A stretch of 64,000 nucleotides of DNA, from positions 30,132,001 through 30,196,000 of the forward strand of contig NC_043002.1 of NCBI RefSeq assembly GCF_006345805.1. Reading direction: 5' to 3'. Positions 53,184 through 64,000 of this stretch are shown here, piece after piece; the stretch's first letter is position 1; the number at the start of each line of letters is the position of its first letter. The position numbers and the translations under genes are program-made. This stretch comes from Octopus sinensis. Taxonomy: Eukaryota. Below the pieces are notes generated by a model. The model had not been told where the DNA came from. It searched no databases and saw only the letters and a list, made by a program, of their open reading frames with translations.

Positions 53184-53559
53184 AATCCAGTGTACAGTAG
53201 TAGTGTAGTAGTAGTAGTAGTAGTGGTGTGTGGTGGTGTGGTTGTGGTGGTGGTGTGTAGTATAGTATAGTAGTAGTAGTAGTTGTTGTTGTTGTAGTAA
53301 CGGTGTCAGCGGTGGTGGAGGTAACAGCAGGTGGACCACAGGCCATCTCTAATCCAGACAACCTACTATCAATGGCGTTTAAGCCATAAGCCCAGCACTT
53401 TCTTTTCAGGACTACCCTACATTAAGATTATACTGTTCAATGTGCTTTCCTTCCGTATCCTCGAAGACGATAAGGCTTAATTAGTGTGTGATTGGTTGGT
53501 GTTTCTAACAGACTTAATGACAGCAGAGAAGATCCATCTCTATTTCCAGTGACATGTGG

Positions 53560-53598
<39 letters not shown>

Positions 53599-54271
53599 GT
53601 GGAAGAGGGAGTTATGCCAGGAGAATTTATCATATATAGGATATATTGGCTGATAGCAAAACAGCAGCCAACTGTTGGCTCATCAGTGGAATACATAATA
53701 AATAGACTAACCTCACAATAACAGCCTTTCGAGCTTACGAGGCCGCAAGTAGTTGTTACTATTTACACCTACCCTCGATCCTGAGGAGGCACATATAACC
53801 AAAACACGTCCAGTGCTGTTCATTGTGCATTTTGTATTATGCACTTTTAAACTATTCTTTCTTTGACGTTATATTTTGGACTACATTATCCGTTGTACCC
53901 ATCTTTTATCAGATGCACTAATTGTTAGATTTAGCATGCCGTATGATCCCGTTGCGGCACTCTTATTGAACATGCAGTGAAGAAATGAATACATTCAGTG
54001 ATATAGTTCGGTTATACCCGGAAATTTTATTCTTGGTTGTTCATATTTTATACTCAGTAATCCGCAACAGGACATGGCCAAAGTAACACTGAATGGTATG
54101 GTTGAGACTGTTAAATAAACACTTGTAGTTAAGGACATCACTTCAATGCGCTCTATAACCTAAATTATCGGAGCCATATCAAGTTAAATATTTAGTCAAC
54201 ACATTTTGCCATAGGTTTTATCTATACTTAAAAAAATATGTATTCACATCATACAGAGACATGCCTATGCA

Positions 54272-54325
<54 letters not shown>

Positions 54326-54803
54326 CCTGTATATAAACATATGTTTATTTGCGAATGTGTGTGTGTGTGCATCTATGAGTATATATGTACATATATTGTT
54401 TATGTATATGTTGATATATAGGTTCATATTAATGTACATAAATATATACACACTTACACAAATACGTGTGTACATAAAAAATATGTATATAATATCAATG
54501 TAGATTCAGGAATATAGACACGCATATTAATGATTGCGTGTGTGTGTGTGTGTGTGTGTTTCGTGCTATCTACAGATTTCGTTCATGAGTATATTGTTAC
54601 ATAAATGGCGGTGTTGATGGCGATGACGGCAAAACTGTTCTGGAATGTATGGCTAGCAAAATATATATGATATAATTGCCAACGTAGCCACCTACTTCCG
54701 TTTCCGTCTACACAATCACTGTGCCACGAACACACACACCTAGAGAAAGGGAACCCACATAGGCGTGTGTGTGTGTATGTATATGTATGTTTTCTTTATG
54801 TGT

Positions 54804-54834
<31 letters not shown>

Positions 54835-54904
54835 ACATGCATATACAAAACATAGATATATATATATATATATATAAATATATGTGTGTGTGTGGGGGCG
54901 CTTC

Positions 54905-55015
54905 TACGAGAACTCACACATATACTTAGATATGAGCACAGGTTATACAATATATATATATATAGTGTATCTATAAACGTGTGCCCATATCTGAGTATAT
55001 GTGTGAGTTCTCGTA
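54905..55015. repeat. Fold-back inverted repeat (~44-bp arms)
   Basis: TACGAGAACTCACACATATACTTAGATATGAGCACAGGTTATA versus the right arm reverse complement TACGAGAACTCACACATATACTCAGATATGGGCACACGTTTATA. Confidence 0.9.
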
Positions 55016-55315
55016 CAGACACCCATACACACATACACAAACATATGTTCGGAATAGAAATGACAGTAGCCAAGAAATTGGTATAACAGTTGACATATTG
55101 GCAAAGAACGTGACCAATTCTGAGTTTTATGAGTTCTTTGTATCCATATTTTCATGTGCACATGCGCACAATCCTATGATTGTCTGAGCGCACCTATCTA
55201 TATAAATATGTGTGTGCTTGTGCATAAATATACACACACATACACACAATCATACGCTCAAACAATTATAGACTTAGAAACAGGCACACACATATACTCG
55301 GATACATACGTATAT

Positions 55316-55365
<50 letters not shown>

Positions 55366-55846
55366 CACATCACGCTAGCCTTGATAATAGATATAGATAT
55401 TGTGCATGTGTGGGTGTTTATACCGATATGTGATATTAGTCAGAGATTTGCGTTATTCATATCAATCTCTCACTTTCATTCTATCACGCTTTATCTTTTT
55501 AGATGTATCCCCTTACATCTGACAAACCCCCTCTCTTTATCTCTGTCTGTCTATCTTTTTTTCTTCTTAACCAATTCAATATACCTTGTTAACGTGGCCT
55601 GTTGTGTAAGTTAAATGACAAATGCTCTAGGAATTCTGCTGGTGAACGCATATTCTTGTCTTTGCCGAAAAGATAAGAATTATACGAAGAATTCTACAGA
55701 ATTCATATCATATCAATATATGGTTAGAACTTAAGTCTTCATAAAGCAGACACACACAGACACACATACAAACAGGCGCGTTTAACCATTGAAATACCAA
55801 ATACAAGATGTACAAATGCATAATAGGCGTTGGAAAGAATTTACGC

Positions 55847-55881
<35 letters not shown>

Positions 55882-56304
55882 ATGGCCATGCTCTTATCTA
55901 TGCATCTATGGAATACGGTAAGTTTTAAGCGGTTTTCCAGCATCAACAATGAAAGACGTACCATTGATAGAGCAAAATATCAGAAAGAAACTTGTTTAAG
56001 CATGAAATTCTATAACAGTTCTATGCATTCTTTTGGAATATTGCAATAGATATCCTCTATCGCATGTTCTCTTTTATGATCGGGCTGTGAGGATAAAAGA
56101 CATGTACAGAACATGCCAATGGTGTTTTTGTCGTTATTGTTGCTATTTAGTCCCAGGTCAGTCTTGATTTAGCATGATCTATAACTGAAAAACTTTTAAT
56201 CGTATAAAAACGCATCTTTATCATCGTCACTGCCATCATCATCATCATCACTATTGGCATCATTTAGGCTTTTTTAATTGTTGATATTATGGCTATTTAT
56301 CAAG

Positions 56305-56560
56305 GTAGGAAGGTGGAAAAATCGTCAGCACGTAGTGAAAAATGCTCGGCGACATGTCTACCGTCTTTACGTTCTGAGTTCAAATTTCATCCTTTCGGGA
56401 TCGACAAAATAAGCACCAGTTGAGCACTGGGGCCGATGTCGTCGACTTACCTCCTCCCCCGAAATTGCTGGCCTTGTGCCAAAGGCATAGAGCAAATGCT
56501 TGGTGGCATTTCTCCTATCTTTCCATCTTTTGCTATTCATCCTTTCGGGGTCAATTGAGT
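56305..56560 (+). mobile_element. Degenerate SINE family B copies
   Basis: TTACGTTCTGAGTTCAAATT and TTCATCCTTTCGGG.TC.A motifs. Confidence 0.65.
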
Positions 56561-57692
56561 AAGACACAGTTATCATGTTACATCGGCCCAAATCGCCGAC
56601 ATTTTTTTTGCATAAATATCACTGATGTGAGCGGAACATCCATGGATGTGCAACTGTATTCTTCAATATGTATTCTTCAATAATTCCTGATCTGGCTTGC
56701 GTGCTGGTGTGAAGTGAAATCTTGGGGTAAGTAGGCAAATGGGCCCCCAGAAGGAATTTGATACTCTCAGATCAAGTCGATCGCGAATAGCTTTTGCCAT
56801 TCGAGTGTCCAGTGTCTACATAATAAATATCTATTTTGTTATTGCTTTCTGTTCAGTTGACTACTTACATTGCGTACATTTTGATGGCTTTGTGATTTGG
56901 ACAACCCCGGACCGTCGCTTTGAGGCCGCCTTAGGCGGAAACTTGGCTTTAACGCTTATCGTTGGTAGTTGGCACAATGTATGGAGTTCCTTGACTGGCT
57001 GCAGCTGATTCGTTTCTCTTGGAGTGAAATCTAGAAATGGCAGCCAAATCTTCAAATTACAAGTTATATATAATAGCATGCTTTGCATAATGTCATAATT
57101 GACGCGCAAAGACCGAGGGCAAAATGCTGAAGAACATTGTCTGTATGAATCAACTCAAATAGTGCTGAACTAGGGCAAAACAACAATATCAACATCAGTA
57201 TTAAATGTTATATGTTCCCTATAGCTTGTAGTTCTTCTGATCCTCTGTGATAACAAATACTATATCACTGAAACTGTAGTATCTTCATATATGTCAGTTG
57301 TTTATAAGCTTTTCTTTTTTTTCCGTAATCACCCACTCACTACACGAACTGGTATCGAACCTAGGATCACTTAAGTACAGACTCGATTTAATCATTCAGC
57401 GTGGCTGAATATAGAGTTCACTGATATACAGATCATATTTCAAATCTTTCGCTATATACATTGAAAAAGAAACTAGTTTTCTGCAATAGTTTTCTACATT
57501 ACAATAGTTTTATATTAGAAAGGTGGCAAAGTCGTTAGAATTACTCGCATTAGTCGCGGTTCTTTGAGTTCAAATACAGCCGACGTCAACTTTGACTCTC
57601 ACATATTTATGGTCGATATATAAATTACTAATACCAAGGTCAGTTGTTGTTGTTGTTGCTCTCTGTTTTTATTTCCCTCTCCCTCTCTTTCT

Positions 57693-57723
<31 letters not shown>

Positions 57724-57902
57724 GAAAAAATAATCTATGTTCTTAACTTGGAGTGGGCTGGGTCGACCAGACTTAAACCCCGCGAATTACGCCGTTTGAT
57801 CAGGATAGTGTGCTTTTAGGTTCGCCGTTAACATTTATATAATTCAAATAAACATTAATGAAAATTAATCAAAAAATAAAAAAAACAAAAAGGAAGAAAG
57901 AA

Positions 57903-58245
57903 CCGTGCAGGAGTGACTATGTGGCACAGTGTTCTGGGTTCAGTCCCACTGCGTAAGACCTTAGGCAAGTGTCTTTTACTATAGCCCACTGTATATTTGT
58001 ATATACATGTGTGTGTGTGTGAGAGAGAGAGTTTGTGTATGTCCCCCACCAGGGCTTGAGAAGGGTTGCTGGTGTGTTAAGGTCTCAGTGACCTATCAGT
58101 TCAACAAAAGTGCCAGTTAGAATAAGTACCTGCCTTAAAATGTAAATAAAAGGGTGCTGGGGTGGATTCATTCGACTAAAATTCGCTAACGTGTTGCCCT
58201 AGCATGGCCGCAGTCTACTGTCTGAAGCAAGTAAAAGATAAAAAA
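57903..58245 (+). mobile_element. SINE family A, degenerate
   Basis: GCAGGAGTGACTATGTGG..GGGTTCAGTCCCACTGCG..GGCAAGTGTCTT..AGCATGGCCGCAGTC. Confidence 0.8.
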
Positions 58246-58654
58246 CAAAGATACAGAAAGAAAAAGAAAAAAAAAACTGAACATTGAGAATCCCGATACG
58301 GATATTTTGCAATCCTGAAAGGAATAATACCCCTACCTCTAGAATACCCAAATTTCCCTGTGGAATCATGAAATTCCACCCCGCACATGCACTGAGGAAG
58401 GGAGGATGTTTCTCTGAGTTACGATGATCAAATAAAACGGTTTCAGTGTATACAATGGTGGTGATGATGATAATTGTGTTGAGGTTGGAGATGGTGGAAT
58501 TTGAAAAAAAGAAATTAAGGTTGAGATAAAGAAAAAAAAAAAAAGAAAGAGAGAGGAAGAGAGAGAGAGAGGTGGATGGAGTAATGCTTAAATGGGAGGT
58601 CGGTGTTAATTATTTGAGTGGATTTCATGATGGTAGTGGTGCTGGGTAAACGAA

Positions 58655-58715
<61 letters not shown>

Positions 58716-59677
58716 TGTAGTAACAGTAGTCCATATACACTCAACGTAGCATGAATAGTAGCCACATCTCCTTCGCGTCACATTCTAGCATCTAAGGCAA
58801 AAAAGAAAAAACGTGGTGAATTATGTGGATGGATACAAGGAAAGTCAGGATGATGGTCACGGTCGGAAGCTGTCTTTGATCGCAGTTATCCTAGAGCTAA
58901 ATTGCTGCTGCTGCTACTACTACTACTACTACTGATAGTACTACTACTACTACTAATACTACTACTATTACTGATAGTACTAGGGTAGTGGTAGTCATAG
59001 TAAAGTGGTAGATCGATACAAGAGTGATTGATGGAGTAGTAGCGACGGATGTGGTGGTGGTAGTGATGTTGGTATTGGTGGTGTAGGTGGCAGTAATAGT
59101 AGAAGCAACGACGGTGGTAGCGGTGATGGTACTATTTATTAGTATCAGTAGTAGTAGTAGCATTAGTAGTAGTAGTAATAGTAGTAGTAGTAGTAGTGTA
59201 GTAGTAGTAGTAGTCGCTGTTGTTGTAGTGGGAGTGATGATGTATTTGTAAACAGGGCACTTCTCTCGTGCGCTTACCATAATAATTATCCAGTAAAAAT
59301 GGAAATTAAAACTCCACCATACGCGCGTGCGCGCACGCACACGCACACACACACACACACACATACATACACATACACACGCTTACACACAGACATTAAT
59401 GCATTAAGCAATATTTATACATCAACCTAGATCTTCTCTCTCTCTCTCTCTCTCCCTTTCTCTCTCGCTAACACTTTCTATCCGTGTATGTGTGCGATGG
59501 CCGTTTCCTTAAATGTGTCCGTGTGTGAGTGTGTATATATGCATGTTTGAATGTATATGCAGTTATAGCCAACGACGTCGTATTACTTCTTCAAACTATT
59601 CGGACGTTACTACTGAAGTCCTGTCATCGTTACATGGAACTCAGCCGACCCAGCAGTAAGTCCTACCCGCATTGTTT

Positions 59678-59725
<48 letters not shown>

Positions 59726-60095
59726 CTCTCTGTATCTCTCTCTCTCTCTCTCTCTCTCTCTCACGGCACAGCAGCTGCCGTTTACTAGTGATGGTGGTGG
59801 TGGCGATGGCGGCGGCGTCGTTGGTGTTCGTAAGATGATGGTGTTAGTAGCGATGTGAAATGAAAGCGGTCTGACTGATATGCATGTTGCTATGCACCTC
59901 TGCTGCCACCTGTTTGCACACATACGTACACACACACACACACTCACTCACTCACACACACACACACATACACCTAGCTCTACATCAAGTATACGATAAG
60001 CACGTATAGACAGTTGTGTTTACCAATATACATACACACAACTATATAAATATATATACACACACACAAATATATATTTATGTATATATGTATAC

Positions 60096-60168
<73 letters not shown>

Positions 60169-60359
60169 CATGTATACATATAGATATATGTATATGAATA
60201 TATATATGTATACATATGTATATGTGTATATGTATATGTTTATTTCTTTAAATGTGTGCAAATATATGTGTATGTATGTATATATATATGTATATGTGTA
60301 ATATGTGTATATATATATATATATATGTTTGTTTATATGTATATGGGTGCATACATGTG

Positions 60360-60422
<63 letters not shown>

Positions 60423-60750
60423 CACGCACGCACGACACTTAAGCCATTCACGTTATTGTAGTGTGTGTTTGTATGCGTGTATTTCTGGTCTCATAATTTC
60501 CACTGCCCTTTTAAATCAGTCATCATATTTAGAAAGATTATCTGTGTGGGGTTTCATATAGAGCGACTGTCCACTGAAGCCAACCATATTATATCATCAC
60601 GCAGGCAGACACTTAACCAATATCACAGCAATGCTTCGATTATATCCATTTCCATCTCGGCAGTTCCACACCCACCGAAATATGATTGGTAGCCTGGTTT
60701 TCTCTGTAGGTTTCTTTACCATCACCACCTATTGTCGCTTGTGTTAAATG

Positions 60751-60858
<108 letters not shown>

Positions 60859-61394
60859 TTATTTATCTATCTATCTATCTATCTATTTTTAATTCTCTGT
60901 CTGTCTGTCTGTCTATCTATCGTTCGATCGATCGATCGATCGTTCTGTCTGTTTGTCAGTCAGTCTTTTAATACGAACACACACGGACTGGTGGATAAAC
61001 GGGATCGTACGCTATCATCAAACTGGGGAAAATAGAGAGCCTGCGAGAAATAGCAGTTAAATCTTCTTCGAATCACTAGGTGGCGTCTTCAATAAAGAAA
61101 TATATATTGGATAATACTGTCTCTCGTATACACAAAACTGGCGGATTGCTGACAGATGGAATGATCAATTTTTTTTTAAAAAATGTTTCATATTTTTTTT
61201 CTTTCATTTTTGTTATCCTAGGTCTACAGCCTGATATAGGCTGACCTTCCACTCTACGTCAATAACAACTGAGTTATATATTTGTTCTTCTGTCTAACCA
61301 TTGTGCTCGGAGAAAGCATTATCCGTTACTGTGGGGTTAATATGCCTGTGCGTTTTACGTTCTTTTGTAGTACTCACACACACACACACACACA

Positions 61395-61433
<39 letters not shown>

Positions 61434-61652
61434 ATACACACACACACACACACAAACGCGGCTGGCGGACCAGGCTGATGTCTGCTGCAGACAACACGGC
61501 AAAACAAACTTCTTTCATTTGCTTATTTGATAGTTTCAGTTCTGTCTGTGTATACATACATACATATATACACACACATTTATATATAATGTATGTACAT
61601 GAATATATATAAGTATATATGTATATATATGAATGTGTATGTGTGTATACGT

Positions 61653-61990
61653 GAAGGCACACGGCTCAGTGGTTAGAGTATCGAGCTTACAATCACGGGG
61701 TTGTGAGTTCGCGTTTTGTGTTCTTGAGCAAGACACTTTATTTCGTGTTGCTCCAGTTCACCCAGCGGTAGAACTAAGTTGCGATGTCACTAGTGCGAGC
61801 TGTATCATCTTTTGCCTTTCCCTTAAATAACATCGGTAACGTGGAGAGGGGAAGCTGCTATGCATGGGCGACTGCTGGTCTTCCATAAAAAAAAGCAACC
61901 CTGGATTGTTCGTTCACCGGTGTGAATTGTATCCCGGAGGAAAATCTCTTAGGTACACCCATGGTCATTCGTGACCGACGGAGCCGTGTT
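61653..61990 (+). mobile_element. tRNA-derived SINE family D
   Basis: GGCTCAGTGGTTAGAG A box and GTGAGTTCG B box, then TTCTTGAGCAAGACACTTT (CORE-like). Confidence 0.65.
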
Positions 61991-62434
61991 TTGGGTTTTT
62001 TTTTACGTGTGTACACAAATATATTTATACATACATTCTTGTGTGTGTGTGATTTGATTTTATTCACCATTTCTGTAGAAAATTTGTTGTTTAAATTACA
62101 GGTACCGATAGTTTGTATGAGTGTGTCAATGCAATCGTTCAATAACGTACGTTGCTGTCGTTGATATATCTCTCTGCTGTGCTTTTCATGATGATAGGAA
62201 TGATGACGATGACGATGATGATGATGATCGTGATGATTATAATAGTGGTGCTGGGGGTGGAAGAAGTGGTGTTAGTGGTTTATTTAAAAAAGTTGATAAC
62301 ATTCACCTTCATTGTAAATCTTATTTATACCTTTTTTATTGCCAAAAGGAAGGCGAATTGAGTGTACATTGCATCGCCAATTCAATGAAACAACTAAGTG
62401 ATATAATAACAATAATAAGAATGATAATAATAGC

Positions 62435-62481
<47 letters not shown>

Positions 62482-62499
62482 TAATAATAATTTCTATTA

Positions 62500-62860
62500 T
62501 AGTCACAAGGCTTGGAAGTTTATGGAGAGGGGGACAGTCGATCACATTGACACCAGTACTTGACTGGTACTTAATTTATCGACCCCGAAAGGATAAAAGT
62601 TAAAGTCAACTAACAGGCGAAATACCTATTTCTTTACTACCCACAAGGGGCTAAACACAGAGAAGACAAACAAGGATAGACAAACGGATTAAGTCGATTA
62701 AATGGACCCCAGTGCGTAACTGGTATTTATTTAATCGACCCCGAATGGATGAAAGGCAAAGTCGACCTCGGCGGAATTTGAACTCAGAACCTAACGGCAG
62801 ACGAAATACCGCTAAGCATTTCGTCCACCGTGCTAACGTTTCTGCCAGCTCACCACCTTA
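62500..62860 (-). mobile_element. Two tandem SINE family B copies
   Basis: 62618-62860 is a full-length reverse-complement match to 23779-23992; 62500-62610 is partial. Confidence 0.88.
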
Positions 62861-63397
62861 ATAATGATAATAATAATAACAATAATAATAATAATAATGA
62901 TACAGTGACGCTATTCTACTTTATTTATACTTTATTTTGTGGATCTCAGAGGAAAGGAACCCAGGGCAAACCTGGACGGGATTTAAACTGAGAATAATAA
63001 CGAGAAGAAAAAGACGAAGAAAATGATATATGCGTGGGTACATATGTATATATCAAATATATTGCTTTCCAGTATTTGTTTCCACTATACGCTCTGAGTT
63101 CAAATCCCATTTCATTTTCCACAGCGGACAAATAAAGTACCATTCCTGTATCGGATGCTTCACTCGGGCTCATTCTGTCTATCTTTCTTCCTTTCTTTTT
63201 GGAAGAATTCGGTTGTGTATATATATATATATATATACATATATATACGCTTGGTTTGAAATGGTCTCCGTTAGGTCTAAAAGTGCCAAAAGCCCAAAGT
63301 TTCGTGGCAGCACAGCGATGACTACTTCAAACAGTTCAAATCTCAAGAATCGGTACACACACACGCACACACACATGAATATACATACATACATACA

Positions 63398-63429
<32 letters not shown>

Positions 63430-64000
63430 CATATATATGTATATACATATATAAATATATATATATATATATATATGTATATAATATGTATGTGTGCGTG
63501 TGTGTATTACAGCCATATACGATAGCGATATATGTTCGGATACATCTATACATTTGATGGCAACCTGACTAAGTACAATACGTCCCTTTGTGGGCTACTT
63601 GCCATTAATGACACAATTTCGGGATGACCGAATTCATTCTATGACCAACATAGAGATGTTATAGTACAGACAGACACGAATGTACAGAAACACTACACAC
63701 ACATACACTATCAACAACCCAGTTACAGATACTACATTCAGATCTAAGGCAAGAAAGCTAGAGAGAGAGAAAGGGAAAGAAAGACACAGAGAAGGAGTGT
63801 GAGCACAGTGAGAAGGGTATAAAGTACAAAGGAGCACGTATCGGATTATATGAGTTCAGCCCAAGGTCTAACTGAGAGCATATAATGTACTTCATAAAAG
63901 GGAGATAACCCAAGAGAGCAACAGTTTTCCTCATATCATGGATCGGTCCCTAATGACGCAAAACAATTCATAGCGTAATTCGATATTGTGGTGTGTATGT

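Noticed and set aside
53600-53815. CTGATGA-GCCAAC hairpin (minus) and CTGAGGA-GG..CC-AAAACACGTC (plus)
   Set aside because: GAAA box and stem I are missing or decayed; too degenerate to call.
56690-57110. GC-richer island with short ORFs
   Set aside because: No recognisable domain or convincing splice pair.
59567-59661. Possible exon ending at CAGCA|GTAAGT
   Set aside because: Weak acceptor (no polypyrimidine tract) and no recognisable peptide.

Overview
Eukaryotic (animal) non-coding DNA. It is AT-rich and saturated with (TA)n, (CA)n, (CATA)n, (GATA)n and trinucleotide microsatellites. The SINE and repeat landscape looks like an octopod cephalopod (Octopus), which is an inference from recalled repeat families. 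No intact host protein-coding gene is supportable, and most of the ORF track is microsatellite artefact. Recognisable content is transposon-derived: at least four tRNA-derived SINE families; 5'-truncated LINEs (CR1-like, Tx1-like, R4/Dong-like, CRE-like); two Penelope-like (GIY-YIG) remnants; mariner and Tc1 transposase fragments; a deleted Helitron; hAT and Tc1/mariner MITEs; and a 100-N gap. The standout is an ORF-less tandem array of ~602-bp units (10375-13479, ~4.8 near-identical copies) sitting in a (TA)n tract. Every unit carries an intact type I hammerhead ribozyme core with an unusually long (76-nt) stem II and a palindromic stem III, and the array has a 200-bp twin-priming-style 5' inversion. 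This fits a retrozyme/circular-RNA-like non-autonomous retroelement. Further minimal or variant hammerheads are scattered across the window, including a repeated CUGUAGA core variant and one downstream of a tRNA-like Pol III head inside a Penelope element. All calls are by eye; no database searches or folding programs were run.
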